Origin: Asterionella formosa
Lineage: Eukaryota
Assembly (NCBI GenBank): GCA_002256025.1
Contig: NKIB01014155.1
Span: 1-46,661 of the forward strand
Length of the DNA: 46,661 nt
Direction of reading: 5' to 3'
The number at the start of each line of letters is the position of its first letter. Within the stretch, counting starts at the first letter, position 1. The translations under genes and the position numbers were made by a program. The notes beneath the pieces are model-generated. The model saw only the letters and a list, made by a program, of their open reading frames with translations, was not told the DNA's origin and made no database searches. This document shows, piece after piece, positions 24,811-37,141 of the stretch.

Positions 24811-25124
24811 GCATGTCGCCGTAGTGAGTCGAAATTGAGATGTGCTGCAATGGCCTTCTCCTTTTCGGAGCAGCTACAAATAGTCTACAGCGATAACTCT
24901 AGCAAGTACAATGTATAAAAAGAAGTAAAAGATGAGTAGTTGTCAGCGATTGAATTTGTTGATTTGTATAGAAACAGCTGTTTCATATTTTAACATTCAA
25001 TGCATGTCACCATAGTGAGTCGAAATTGAGATGTGGTGCAATGGCCTTCTCCTTGTCGGAGTGGTGGCTACAAATAGTCTACAGCGATAACTCTAGCAAG
25101 CAAGTACAATGTAGAAAAAGAAGC
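24811..25124. repeat. Direct repeat pair, about 115-125 bp (24811-24925 and 25002-25124)
   Basis: Both copies read gcatgtc.cc.tagtgagtcgaaattgagatgtg.tgcaatggccttctcctt.tcggag...gctacaaatagtctacagcgataactctagcaag...tacaatgta.aaaaagaag. Confidence 0.9.
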
Positions 25125-26205
25125 ATAATATACACACACTGCCATTTTTCTTTTCTTGTTTCCCAATGCTAGCTAGCCACAATTATCGAAACTCACACAA
25201 AGATTGCAAAGTCTCAAGATGCAAACAATGTTGGCATGAAGCAACATACTTCTGCAAGCACCAACAAGAACATATCACTCCATTGCTCGCTATCATCATA
25301 CTCAAACCTTTCCTCCTCCAGTTACCAGCCAAGCCACAAAGAATGCCCACATAAGCCAGTAAAATTTTCATCACATCCTGCTCCTCCTGCCGGATACTAC
25401 CAGCAGTCCAAACCTCCACTACCAAGCTGTTGCTCCTCCGCCAACATCTCTGCCACCACAAGTCAAATCAACCCAGAAACCACTCCCTCCAAATCAATTC
25501 ATGCATCGGTTTCTGCTCCTCCAGGCCCAATCTGAACATTTCTGATATTTTGTTGCGACAACAAGAAAGTGTGAGTTGAATTTTCTCACACCATTTTTCC
25601 TGACCCATTTTCTTTTTCCCTTTTTATTCTACTCCTTGCTTGTCATTGTCATGCCTTACCCTTCGATTTCCGTTTCATACTTTGGATGCTTAACAACATC
25701 ATGTCGAATTTTTCTGATGCTTGTTACAATCATTCTTGTGTGACTATTTTTCGTGCATATACCGGTATTGGGTGGTCCATGCATTTTTGATGTGGCATCT
25801 ATTTCTTGATTTCTATCTACCGATATACTTTTTCCCATGATAATTCTACTCATGGCTGATGTTGCGCCCTGGTCACTTCGCGCTCCAACCTAAAATTGGC
25901 ATGCCGAATGAAATCCAATATGCCCCTATATTGCCCCTAAATAAGAATTACTTAAATATGCCAAAAATTACTTAGACACCCACAGTTCTCATCGAAAAGC
26001 AAGACGATGTTCATAGCTACTAGGCGGGGATTGCCAGTAAATGTATAAGCTTTATTCGGAAACGTGTACATCGACATTTAGATTGGCCCTACATATTTTG
26101 TACTCCCTCCCTGCTATTTATAATGGCGTCAAAATATTCAAGGCATTGTCGTGATTTTATTCTGTAGTCAACTGTCAATGACACAAGTTTTTATTTTGGT
26201 GCAGC

Positions 26206-28131
26206 ATGCTGGCGACCGATGAGACCCGTCGTCGCCGTGTGATACCAATTTCAATCGAACAAGATGCACCATCTGTAAAGAAGAAACGTAAATCGAAGCG
26301 AAGCCGAGAGCAAATAGAAGAGCCGTTTTGGAAAATCGTTTGTCAAGTTGGATCTGTGTTGTTCGTCATTTGCTTCATTCTCTTTGGCATTTATCGTGCC
26401 ATACATCCACCTTCCAGCAGCGATGCTTCTATCAGCGATGATGACTATGAGCTAACAGAAGCAGACTTGCAAAATTTCATGCCTCCTACTCAAGCTCCCA
26501 CGCAGCGAACAGCCCCGCCGTTGCCAGCTTGGGATCTTCCCGATGGGGCGAAATGGGACGCATTTGGAGTAGCTGAACTCCATCACCAGGAGGGAAGCAA
26601 ATTCTGGAAAGTATCCAAAATAATTCGCGAAGAGTTCAGTCAAAGATACGGTGGAGAAAATTCTGCGAGAGCTTTACTGGAACGTGGCTTGACTACCTTT
26701 GGGAAGAGTACCCAAAGCATCCCTTCAGACCTTCACGAGACTGTTTGTCGGATCCACCGTGCCAAACAGGAGTCCCGTCCTTTTTCATTTGCCTTTGGAG
26801 GATACTCGGTGACGGTAGGTCGAGGAAACTTCTTTTCTCAATCTTTTCCTTTTGTCATGCAACGAATGTTGGAAAGGCCATTCAAGCTTGCTGGTATCGA
26901 GCTTCATGTGCGAAACGCAGCAATTGGTGGCGTCCCTTCATTTCCATATGGTTGGTGCTTGGAGAACTTCTGGGGTACACAACCTGACGTTGTTTCCTGG
27001 GATTATAGCATGAACGAAGCAGGAGGGATTACTGAAGGACTAGAAGCCTATTTGCGCCACGTGCTTGAGCTGCCTAGTCGTCCAAAACTTTTGGTAAAGG
27101 ATACCCACTTGGCTAGTGCTAGAAGAGACCTACTTCGTAAGTACGTCGATCTCAATATCCTCCTAGACCCAGTTGTTATTCATACCGAACCCGCCAGTGA
27201 TCCATTCATGAAATTGGAGGAGAGTTTTCGACCAATTGGCTTTCAACAGTGGCGAAAATTTGGTGCTCCTCCAGATGCTCCTGGCCAAGCCGCTCATCAT
27301 CCTGGCGTAAAAGAGCACGAGCTGATTGGATGGATGTTAGGCATGCATTTTCTGGCAGCATTAGAGTTATTTGTTGCTTCACTTGAAGATGAAAACATGA
27401 TAAAGTGCCTTGAAAGGGGAAAATTGCCACTACCCAGGCCGTTTTCAAGCAACTCGTCTGACTCGCTCATGTTCGGTACACAGGTATCAATTGAGTGGAA
27501 GATGAATAGAGTAAATTGTAGGACCTCATATGAACCAATCTTGAACGGAAAACTTTCCGAAATTATGGTCTCGGGCACAGCAGGAGATGGTGTCGATTTA
27601 CTGATGCCAAAGGGAGCTATGTACTATACACATGGATGGGTGTTGGATCTAAGCGAAGTTGAACGGCTTGCAAAACGAAAACTAGATCGCTATGGCGGAC
27701 TTGGATTTATTGACAGCAAGAAGGCCTATTACGGAATCTTTGCATCTGGTCCCTTAGCTCTCTTCCTTCCCTGTCGGGGATCTGCTGATGATTTGGCTAT
27801 GGATGTCATTCAGTCGCTAACAATATGCGAAGTCAACGAGAAGAATAGAGTTGGTGATGCTTGCAGGGCGGAGACGCAACTGGGGTTTATGGTAGGCGGT
27901 AAGAATGTTACAAATGCGACCGCAATCAAAGCACCTGGCACTCTGTATTTGGGCCGCGAGCTATGTTTGAGCCTTGCTGTGCCAGACCAAGCCAAACTAT
28001 CAATACACAATGGGACAGTTGGCTTAATGCTGCATGTTTCTGTCACTGATAGGCACATAACAAGGAAAGAAAAAGCCTGCTCTGTTTCTCATGTCATTTG
28101 GAAGGAGGTTTTGCGGCATAATGACGAGTAA
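26206..28131 (+). CDS. Type II membrane protein with SGNH/GDSL-hydrolase-like domain
   Basis: Basic N-terminus and one TM helix (VLFVICFILFGIY). Block I FAFGGYSVTVG, block II VRNAAIGG, block III PDVVSWDYSMNE and block V-like HHPG. 641-aa intact ORF. Confidence 0.72.
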   Translation: MLATDETRRRRVIPISIEQDAPSVKKKRKSKRSREQIEEPFWKIVCQVGSVLFVICFILFGIYRAIHPPSSSDASISDDDYELTEADLQNFMPPTQAPTQRTAPPLPAWDLPDGAKWDAFGVAELHHQEGSKFWKVSKIIREEFSQRYGGENSARALLERGLTTFGKSTQSIPSDLHETVCRIHRAKQESRPFSFAFGGYSVTVGRGNFFSQSFPFVMQRMLERPFKLAGIELHVRNAAIGGVPSFPYGWCLENFWGTQPDVVSWDYSMNEAGGITEGLEAYLRHVLELPSRPKLLVKDTHLASARRDLLRKYVDLNILLDPVVIHTEPASDPFMKLEESFRPIGFQQWRKFGAPPDAPGQAAHHPGVKEHELIGWMLGMHFLAALELFVASLEDENMIKCLERGKLPLPRPFSSNSSDSLMFGTQVSIEWKMNRVNCRTSYEPILNGKLSEIMVSGTAGDGVDLLMPKGAMYYTHGWVLDLSEVERLAKRKLDRYGGLGFIDSKKAYYGIFASGPLALFLPCRGSADDLAMDVIQSLTICEVNEKNRVGDACRAETQLGFMVGGKNVTNATAIKAPGTLYLGRELCLSLAVPDQAKLSIHNGTVGLMLHVSVTDRHITRKEKACSVSHVIWKEVLRHNDE

Positions 28132-28512
28132 GGAATTAACTATTTACAAGAATCCAAGAAACAGTTCTTGCTATTAGTTATCAAAACGATGTGAAATATA
28201 GAATGACAAATTATGTCCCATTGACAAAGAGAAATTGACCCTCTTCTCCAATCTAATGTATAGACTTGCCCTTGTGCATCCAGTTGGTCCACGATCGTGA
28301 GTGGTTTCACTACTTTTATGAATTGATTCGGTTATTTAAGAAGACGCCTTTTCACTTGAGCCTCCTCTTATCAAAGTTATCAAAATTAACTTCCTTTTCT
28401 TAATGTTGTTGGGTGTGGGTCACACCCGTCCCATCTTGGTACCATCCATACGCCTCGATTTCTTCCTTCCAAAGAATTCGATCGCCTCCGTTGTCGCCTC
28501 TCCCGTGCAGCG

Positions 28513-30276
28513 TTATTCTTGAGATCCACTTTGGGCGTTGACTCTTCCAGTTTCCATTTTCTGCATTGCAAGTGATTCTATTTCTCCTCTGAGAGCTCGG
28601 CTACCTTCATTTCCCCCGACTTCTTGTCGCATGGGAGCAGTCACATGCTCTCCCCGTGGAGCTCGGTCGCCTCCGTTCTGCCCGACATCATGTAGCATCG
28701 GAGCAGTTTCTTGCTCGCCTTTCAGAGCTCGATCGCCTCCACTCTCACTCCGTTCCTGCCGCATTGGAGAATAACCTTGTTCGTTGCTGTGAGTTCGGTC
28801 GTCTTCATGTTCCCTGCCATCCTGCCACACAGGAGGGGATTCTAGCTCTACTTTGAGAGGTTGATCGCCACCGGCTATCACACCGGCGCCGTCGTGTAAG
28901 ATCGAAAGGGAATCTTCTTCTACATTCCAGAGAAATCGATCGCTTTCCTGTTGGGTGGACGGAGGCGCTTGACTTTCCCTTCGAGATTGTTCGCTCGTAT
29001 CGTGTTCATCGTCAAGAATTGGGCCTATTACATTTTCACCGCCATCTTTCTGGCTCTGCTGAGCCCCATTCCCATGATCCCTGAAGGTTTGGTCGGCATC
29101 GTAATCCGTTCTATCCTGCTGTACTGGTTGAGAAACTACCCTTCTTTCTTTCGGAAATTTGTCAATTCCGACGCTTTGTTGCAGAGTTTCAGGAAGCGGA
29201 TTATTAAACTTTTGAATTGCTCGCTGTTCAAGAAGGTGTTCGAGTTCGTCACCGTCAAATGCAACTCGGCGCTTCAGTCCCTCATACTCGTCCGAAATTG
29301 TCCTCCTGCGTGGTTTATTGGTGGTAACCTCGTGAGCGTTATTGGCGGAATCGCCTTTCCTAGTTGAACCATCAATGTCCACCACGCCCAATGTGTTGTC
29401 CGCTTTGCCAGATCTGAAATATTGCTCCGATGTGGTTCTTAGGTATTCTTCTTCATTCTCTTCCTCATCGTCCAAACTTCTAGCCTTTTCAAACTTTGTT
29501 GGTTTCGCTGGAGCGGAGCAAGGACAACTACTCCACTTTTCTGTCCAAGTAATGATAGTCTGCAATTCGGCTTGGTTACGGTCAAAATGAACTGCACGTT
29601 TATCAACTATGCATTCTGTTGATTTGTTCATGGCTTGAAGATCTATAAGCTGGGCAACACGACCGTTTAACACCTCTCTACGATGAATAAAACCGCCACC
29701 AAACGGATATGTGCGCTGCAAATTGACAAGTGCCAGCATGTCGTTAAACTGTCCCTGGTCGGCCATGTGTTCCGCCAACATCATGGCGGCTCGCGTGTAC
29801 TCGTCACTAGTTCCACTCACAAGCGAAGCGACAACATTTTCCCAAATGGTCAGTTTCCCCGAGTTTGGCAAGGAATGGCCATCCTTGGTGAAGTCCCGAA
29901 GTGGAAAGACATCAAAATCAGCCAACCACCCTCCACCTGCTTGGGCCACGGCCAACCATTGAAAGGAGTGCAAGGCGTTCCCATCTGGAAGCTCGTCCAA
30001 AACAGTCTCGTAGTTGCTGTGTCGCTCCGCATTCTGCATGGAAAGCACGATAGGAGACCAACCAGCGTCCCACCATTTTTTCTTCCAAACCACCAGCATG
30101 TCGTCGTCTCCTTCAGTGGGTCCGTGATAGAATGTATAGATAACGGGTCTATCTTCAAGTTTGAGCTTTCTTCCAGCCATCTGGTCAGACGTTCTCAGCG
30201 TCCAGTTGGTGACCACTTGCGACAATGCGAGCAAAGTGGTCAATCCGACTATCACCTTGGCGAGATTAAACGACAT
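28513..30276 (-). CDS. Secretory-pathway DxD-motif glycosyltransferase-like protein with long low-complexity C-terminal tail
   Basis: N-terminal signal anchor, then RPVIYTFY, WKKKWWDAGWSP and WLAVAQAGGGWLADFDVFPL (similar to GT32/Gly_transf_sug GG.Y.D.D). An acidic repeat-containing tail follows. Confidence 0.7.
   Translation of the reverse strand: MSFNLAKVIVGLTTLLALSQVVTNWTLRTSDQMAGRKLKLEDRPVIYTFYHGPTEGDDDMLVVWKKKWWDAGWSPIVLSMQNAERHSNYETVLDELPDGNALHSFQWLAVAQAGGGWLADFDVFPLRDFTKDGHSLPNSGKLTIWENVVASLVSGTSDEYTRAAMMLAEHMADQGQFNDMLALVNLQRTYPFGGGFIHRREVLNGRVAQLIDLQAMNKSTECIVDKRAVHFDRNQAELQTIITWTEKWSSCPCSAPAKPTKFEKARSLDDEEENEEEYLRTTSEQYFRSGKADNTLGVVDIDGSTRKGDSANNAHEVTTNKPRRRTISDEYEGLKRRVAFDGDELEHLLEQRAIQKFNNPLPETLQQSVGIDKFPKERRVVSQPVQQDRTDYDADQTFRDHGNGAQQSQKDGGENVIGPILDDEHDTSEQSRRESQAPPSTQQESDRFLWNVEEDSLSILHDGAGVIAGGDQPLKVELESPPVWQDGREHEDDRTHSNEQGYSPMRQERSESGGDRALKGEQETAPMLHDVGQNGGDRAPRGEHVTAPMRQEVGGNEGSRALRGEIESLAMQKMETGRVNAQSGSQE
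28575..28775 (-). repeat. Coding 66-bp (22-aa) tandem repeat x3
   Basis: gagctc recurs at 28593, 28659 and 28725. The encoded unit is GGDRA(L/P)(K/R)GE...APM. Confidence 0.85.
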
Positions 30277-32688
30277 GTCGGTTGTTTCAACAATTGGTGC
30301 TTGCTTTCTCTTGAGTTTGCAGATGTCAATGCCGATTAGTCCAAGAATTAGCTTCTATATAGTATTGCCCGAATATAGAACAGAGATATGGTCAATGATC
30401 TCGAAACCGTTTATATGAAACGTGACAACAGTCCTTCTACAATGCCATTAAATGAGCAATTATTCACCAACTCCGATATTGTCGATACCAAAAAATATAG
30501 CCGTATATATGTATGCATTTATCCTGTCCATTCCATTTACATACACCGCATCAAAAAAAAGTATACCGCCCAGAGTACGTTCAAGCACAAAAGGCACAAT
30601 TCAAAAACCTGGCATTCTAAGAATAAATACCGGTAGTATTTTACATACAGTCACTGATGCGACGATAAAGGGCATTTCAATAATTACTTTCTATCTGATC
30701 TTACAATGCTGCATTCAAAGTCAAAAGACTTATTGAGCGTCACGAGACATAACATAGCAAACGACATCAGAGGAACTGGTAATTAAAATGCTAATGCCGG
30801 TAGCGGTAGATGTTGCAGATGACGATGACTTCTCCACTTAGGGAGGGAGAATCCATACGTGTAGTAGAGATGTGTGTGTGTGTGCACTGCAACGTAGGAC
30901 TACCGAGACCTTCTTTAATTTTTGCATACCACAAACACTAGCTGGTAAAGATTATACCTCCAGTCATTAACCTTTCTTTCGCCTTCGTTGCTTGTCGTCT
31001 GATGGAGAAAAATGACCTTTCAGAGAATATGTATGACTAAAATGAAAAATCTTGCTACAGGTAATACAGGTACCAGTACCTATACAACGGAAAGCTATCA
31101 ACGTTCTAGAGTCACTTCGAAAGTCATTACCTGTGGGAGTTGTGGTACAAAACGCCCCCAGAGGCCTGCCACCGTGAGCTAACCAACTAAGCAATTCCCC
31201 AAGAAAGTGTAGAATATATATTCTGCTTGAAGCATACACATAATCATGTAGACAGTTAGACGATCAGTCATCTTTAGTAGAATAGTGGTTGTACTATTAA
31301 TGACCAATTCATAACATGTAGGTACTATTTAAGTTTAAGCAAATGGGCTCAACTGTAAGCCAACATTTTTAAGGTTCCTGTACTTGAGCCCCTAGTAGCT
31401 CGAACTATGTTTTAAAAAATAATTATGAGTGAGAGTATAATCAAACACAAACTTTTTATGAGTAAAATATACATATATGTGTTGCTAAATGGAGCTTTCA
31501 CCATTGGACACCCTTTCCATATGCTCAGATACAGTCATTGGTCAATATATGGGTAAAGGTCAAATCCATATTACATCAGGATATAGGATCTGGCTACAAA
31601 CTGCAGAAAGGAACTTCAATGTTTTAAATTATGCTATAAAGACTATAAATATTTGGGGAAATCAGTTTATTTGGCATTGTAAAAAACAGAAGGTCTCATC
31701 TGTAATTTCTCGCCAGAAGTTAACTGCTGACATTTTAAAGAGTTGACATGTCTTTAAGCATCCTTGATACCCAACCAATAACAAGTTGGAGAAATAATCT
31801 ATGTACATATGCGCTTATTTCCACTAATTGTTATTCATAATTGGCACATGAAGCAACATTCCCAGTTCCAGTGAATCAGCAATGCTAACCAATATTTTAG
31901 TTTTTGCCTAGGGTTTCAAATGCAGAAACTTTAAGTAAATGTTAAATATTAATCACAACCTATATTAAGCCAGCACAGTTAGATGAGGCCTTCTTCCTCA
32001 TGCAAATTCTTTGTTTTGCCATCTACTATGCATGATGTGCTTGCTTCATAGTACTAGTTCTGGGGATGTTTGGAGCATGCATTTTGAATCCTCTCCAATG
32101 CAAAAACTCATGACAATATGATTGCTCCTCAATCCCTTGGAAATGACTGATGAGACTCTTCAATCACTCCCAGTAAAAAAACCTGATTGGTAAACATAGC
32201 AAGTAAGTCAAGAAACCTCTCAGCTCTGAGATTTACTATGAATAAACTCTCTTTCCTTCACAGAGTTCACCCTTCAACGTTGTTCTTTACCAAATTTCTG
32301 AAGGTTAATAGTCTTGGTACATCATAGTGCATTGTTCCATCAAACATGATGGCACTAAGGAATTAGATCTTCACACAGTTAAGTCCTAATTTGGGAATCA
32401 GGGATCAAGAATCTTTCCGTGTTTCAATTACTGGAAATACATTTACCGCGCTACCGGTAGGCCAGTATACCGGTATCATTATGCTTGCATATATTATACG
32501 GCATCAGATGTAACTCTATACTACACATAATTAATAGGGATAGAATATCTATCATATGTAAGAAAGAATATGGGTATGTAAAAATAAAAAATCGTGAGAA
32601 GAAATCCAAGAAGCAACTACAGGTACGAAGGCACCATCGACTATTACCTCGCTCTGTCGTCGGTCTTGTTCGTTCCGGTTGATCGACC

Positions 32689-35600
32689 ATGAGTACTGAA
32701 ATGGCCCACTACGTTGTCACCGCGCATCCTCCTGGAGGTGTTCTTCTGACTGCCAAGTGCAACTTTACTGCTCCGAACGCAACGGTAAGCAAAGTGGACG
32801 AGCGGTTGTGCAGGAACTTAACAATGGAACGATGACATGTGACAGCACAAACCTCGTTTTGAGTTGGTTTGCCATGCACTGATGTGAGATCTTTACTCAG
32901 CGACGCACTCACGTTTTCTTGCCTTCCATCAGGACGTCATCATTGCGAAATCTCGGCGCTTGGAGATTCGCCAGGCCTCCAACGACGCCAACTCTCCGTT
33001 TCCGATCATTCTGCAAGTCCCAGTGAACGGCCGTGTCACTTCGCTGTTGCCGCTCAAGGTTCCTTTGTCTCCAACGTCTTATTTATTCATTACTACGGAC
33101 CGCTTTAGATACGCTGTCATTGGATTTGACCCAACTCGCCAGCCACATCCAATTGCAACACACGCATCCGGAACTTTCAAGCAGTTTGATCAAGGTGTGA
33201 TTGGTCGCGAAGCCGAATGTGCTCCGCTCGTGGCACTGGATCCTCACTCTCGCTGCCTTGCCCTGCATCTATATGATGGATTGATCACCATATTGCCCAT
33301 CAACTTTGGATATTCACCGCCAAAGGCTGCATTAAAGGGAGGCGCTGCGCCTAGGACACATCAGTCTCACGTTCTACTCGACGCATACCATGCTCGGATT
33401 GAGGAGCGGACTCTGTTGGACATTTGTTTTCTTTATGCGTCAGTGGAGCAGTTTCCTCAGATATGCCTGTTGCATCAAGACTCACGAGGCTTGCAGCACT
33501 TAATTAGCCATACCGTGGATTTGTCCAAGAAACAACTGGTCTTTTCTACAGACTCGCTCAAAAAATCAAGAATGGACGGGGGCTCGTCCTTGATTATCCC
33601 AGTGCCTCCCGTGTCACTCGCAGCTGCTTCTGCAACCACAACTGCAACATCGACTACTCTTGGAGGTGTCTTAGTTTTGGGTCAACGACAAATTACTTTC
33701 TTACAAACGGGCCTGTCAAGAGTCATTCCTCTACCGTCTTGCCTCTTGTTAACATGGGAAAAACTCCCAACGTTGCAAGGATGCCCTCGGTATTTGCTGA
33801 GCGATGAATTTGGAAATCTTCTCATGCTGTCGTTGACAATTGTCGGAGATAAGATATCTGGCATTTCACTAGATACACTGGGATCCTGTGTAATAGCGAG
33901 TGCTTTGACCTACATCACAGACGGCCTTTGCTTCGTAGGATCATCGTTTGGGGATTCTCAGCTGGTACAAATTATGGATCAACCCATGCCCATTGGAGAA
34001 GGTACCAGTGATTTGGAAGAAACTACGTATTTAAGCGTTGTTGAAGAATATACAAACTTAGGTCCCATTGTGGATTTTGATTTGGTTCCTACTCCTGGGA
34101 GTAGACAGTCACAGGTAGTGACGGCAAGTGGATCTTCCAATAGCGGAAGTTTGCGTCTTGTTCGCAATGGGATCGGAATGAACGAATATGCATCAGTGGA
34201 GATTCCAGGAATTCAATCCATGTGGAGCGTTCGCAAGGCATGGAAGGAGACGGACGATGCCTATTTAGTGCAATCATTTGTGAGGGATACCCGTGTTTTG
34301 GGAGTGGCAGCAGCAGGAAAAATTGATGACGAGGAGGGAGAAGAGCCAGATTGTACGTTGGAAGAAGTCATTATATCTGGACTTGACTCCACTTCGTCAT
34401 CACTATATGTAGGCAATGTTCAAGTTGGCGACACAATCGTCCAAATCACAGAAACTGAAGTGAGGATTTTGGAGGCATCGTCACTCCAGTGTAGCGAGAC
34501 ATGGGCACCTCAGGTAGACGATTTTCTGCAAGACCAGAGTCGCTCCATTACTGTGGCGTCAGCAAATGAAGCTGGTCAGATAGTGGTAGCACTACGGGGT
34601 GGGTTGGTGATCTACCTCCGTGTCAAAGCTGACGGGACAGGAAGTATAAAATTAGAGGTTATGCGCAAGTTGCAAATGGAACGAGAAGTCAGTTGTTTGA
34701 ACTTGAATCCTTTCGCTGATGCTACAGCCATGGAAGTCGACGTTGACAAAGCTGATGCTGCCATTAGTAGCTTAGTCTGCATAGGACTTTGGGACGACTT
34801 TACTGTCCGTGTTTTATCCTTGGAGGAGGATCTCAAAGAGGTTCTTCAAATCAATCTCAGTACAGACGAAGACGAGACAGAAGAATCCGAATCAATAATT
34901 CCAGTACGACGCAATAGAAACAATATGATGGCCCGAAGCTTGTGTTTTGTTACTTTGGACTCGAGTACCTCCTCATCGTCGGGTACCACATCTTTTGGAG
35001 TGAATATGTTGTTTGTTGGACTTGGCGATGGAACTTTGATCTCATTTGCTGTGGTAGATTACAATGGGCAGATTAAAGTCCAGTCGAAGAAGGAAGTGAA
35101 TTTGGGAACTCAACGAATTAATTTGATCACCCTCCAAACAGAGAGAGGTGGAACATGCATCTTAGCAACTGGCGATCGCCCTACTGTTGTTTATCTAGCG
35201 GGAGGAGGCAAAAGTTCTGGAAATTTCACACCCAAATTATGCTATTCCAATGTTAACTTGTCTGCAAGTGATGGAGAAGAAGATAATGTCAGCCGGCCAC
35301 CTGCACAGCAGAGTATCTCTATAAACGTGGCAACACCCTTTTTCTCTCCTCAACTTTTTGATGAATCTTCCTTGGGGAGCAAGCGCTATTCCCTATGTGT
35401 CTCAGACGACTCTATTTTACGCTTGGGAGTTATTGATGACATTCAAAAGCTTCACGTGACAACCTGTCGATTAGGGATGGCCCCCCGGCGAGTTGTCCAT
35501 TGTTCAGAGGGACGGTTGTTTGCAGTTGGTTGCATAGAGAGTGGTATCAAGCAAGGTGGTGGGCCAGCAAATGGTCAAAATATTGGCAACTGTATTCGTT

Positions 35601-37021
35601 TCATGGACGATACCACCTTCGATGATATTGAGAGGATTGATTTGGAACCTTATGAGATGATTCTTTCCATGGTCTATGCCAATCTAACGATGACAGGAAC
35701 AGGAGTGAAAGAAGACGTTAAGACAATAGATTCAAAAGATGACAGCTCAAACGATTCTGTTGTCAAGCCGTACCTCCTCGTGGGCACTGCCTATGCCTTG
35801 CCAGACGAAGATGAACCTACCCGTGGACGGATTTTGCTTTTTTCCTGTGATGATGACGGTAACATGAATGCTCGAGCGGTTCGACTTGTAACCGAGCTTC
35901 AAGTTCGTGGTGGTGTATACTCTATGTGCCAATTTTACAATGGGCTGATTGTGGTTACTGTCAATTCTAAGACTCATGTTGTCAAGTTGACAAATGATGG
36001 AGGTGGCATCTCGAAGCTAAATTTTGTAGGCGTCGGTCACCACGGTCATATATTGAGTCTTTTTGTAAAGTGCAAGGCTATCAAGGAGGAACCGGTCGAA
36101 TCCGAGGCTGTTAACTTGGACGACACGCCCATGAAGAAGAAGGCAACGAAGGACGATATGGAACAGTTAGTTATTGTCGGTGACCTAATGCGATCTATCT
36201 CCTTGGTTCAGTATTTCCCTGAGCACCAGGCTCTCGAAGAAGTTGCCCGAGACTTCAATGCGAATTGGACCACTGCTGTCGAAATGTTGTCCGACAGTAT
36301 CTACCTTGGATCTGAGAATTGGAACAATCTGTTTGTCTTGCGGCGGAACGCGAAGGCCGCCAGTGAGGAAGTCAGATGCCGTTTGGACACGATTGGTGAA
36401 TTTCACTTGGGCGAAATGTGTAACAAATTCATGTGTGGTTCTTTGGTAATGCCTCACACCAGCAGTACCAGTGCCAGTGCCAGTGCCAGTGCCAGTGGAA
36501 AGCCTTCCTCTAGAACTCGCAAATCCGCATCCTCCCCTGCGACAAAGACCAAGAAAGAAAGCAAAACCGCCGCTGGATCACGAGCAAGGAGACCAAATGT
36601 GTCCATTGGAAGTCAAACTCTCTTTGCTACTGTTGATGGTACATTAGGCTCTATCTTAGGAATTGATGCTCGAACAGCTGCTTTCTTCACCACCTTGGAG
36701 CGCGCCATGGCCCGCACGATTCCACCCGTGGGTGATTTCTCTCATGAAGAATTCCGCACATTTGATGCCGAGCGTCGGGTCCATCCTGCGCATGGATTTG
36801 TCGACGGTGATTTGGTGGAAAGTTTCTTAGATTTGGATCGAGGAACGATGCAGGCGGTTGTCAAGGCGATGAACAATGATGGTGGATGGGATATTGAAAC
36901 GCACGCAAAGAGCAAGGATATCGATGACGACAACGATGGTAACATTGCGTCTGAGAACAATATTGTCCTCTTGGTGGAAGATGTCCTGGCAATGGTTGAA
37001 GAAATGACCATGTTTCACTAG
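32689..37021 (+). CDS. DDB1: DNA damage-binding protein 1 (CUL4 adaptor), 2 exons (32689-32784, 32933-37021)
   Basis: Exon 1 MSTEMAHYVVTAHPPGGVLLTAKCNFT joins through a GTAAGC...CAG intron to DVIIAKSRRLEI. Motifs YTNLGPIVDF, GSLRLVRNGIG, IDDIQKLH, VGTAY.LPDEDEPTRGRI, VGDLMRSISL, EVARDFNANW and FVDGDLVESFLDL. Confidence 0.95.
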
Positions 37022-37141
37022 CAACTTCCATTAATTTAAACAAATGGCAACAAATAGTGTGATGAGATGGGGATCATCTACATAAATGAATTTATTTCTA
37101 GGTTTTGGCCTGTTTTCTTTTTTCTTAGCTGAAATCTATCA

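Noticed and set aside
29683..30339. 218-aa plus-strand ORF and other antisense ORFs inside the TRP-like, cyclase, GT and DDB1 genes
   Set aside because: They fully overlap well-supported genes on the opposite strand and show no domain signal.
30871..30884. (TG)7 microsatellite
   Set aside because: Ordinary short simple repeat.
31480..32440. Possible decayed retroelement upstream of DDB1
   Set aside because: Composition suggests a relic, but no diagnostic motif could be read.
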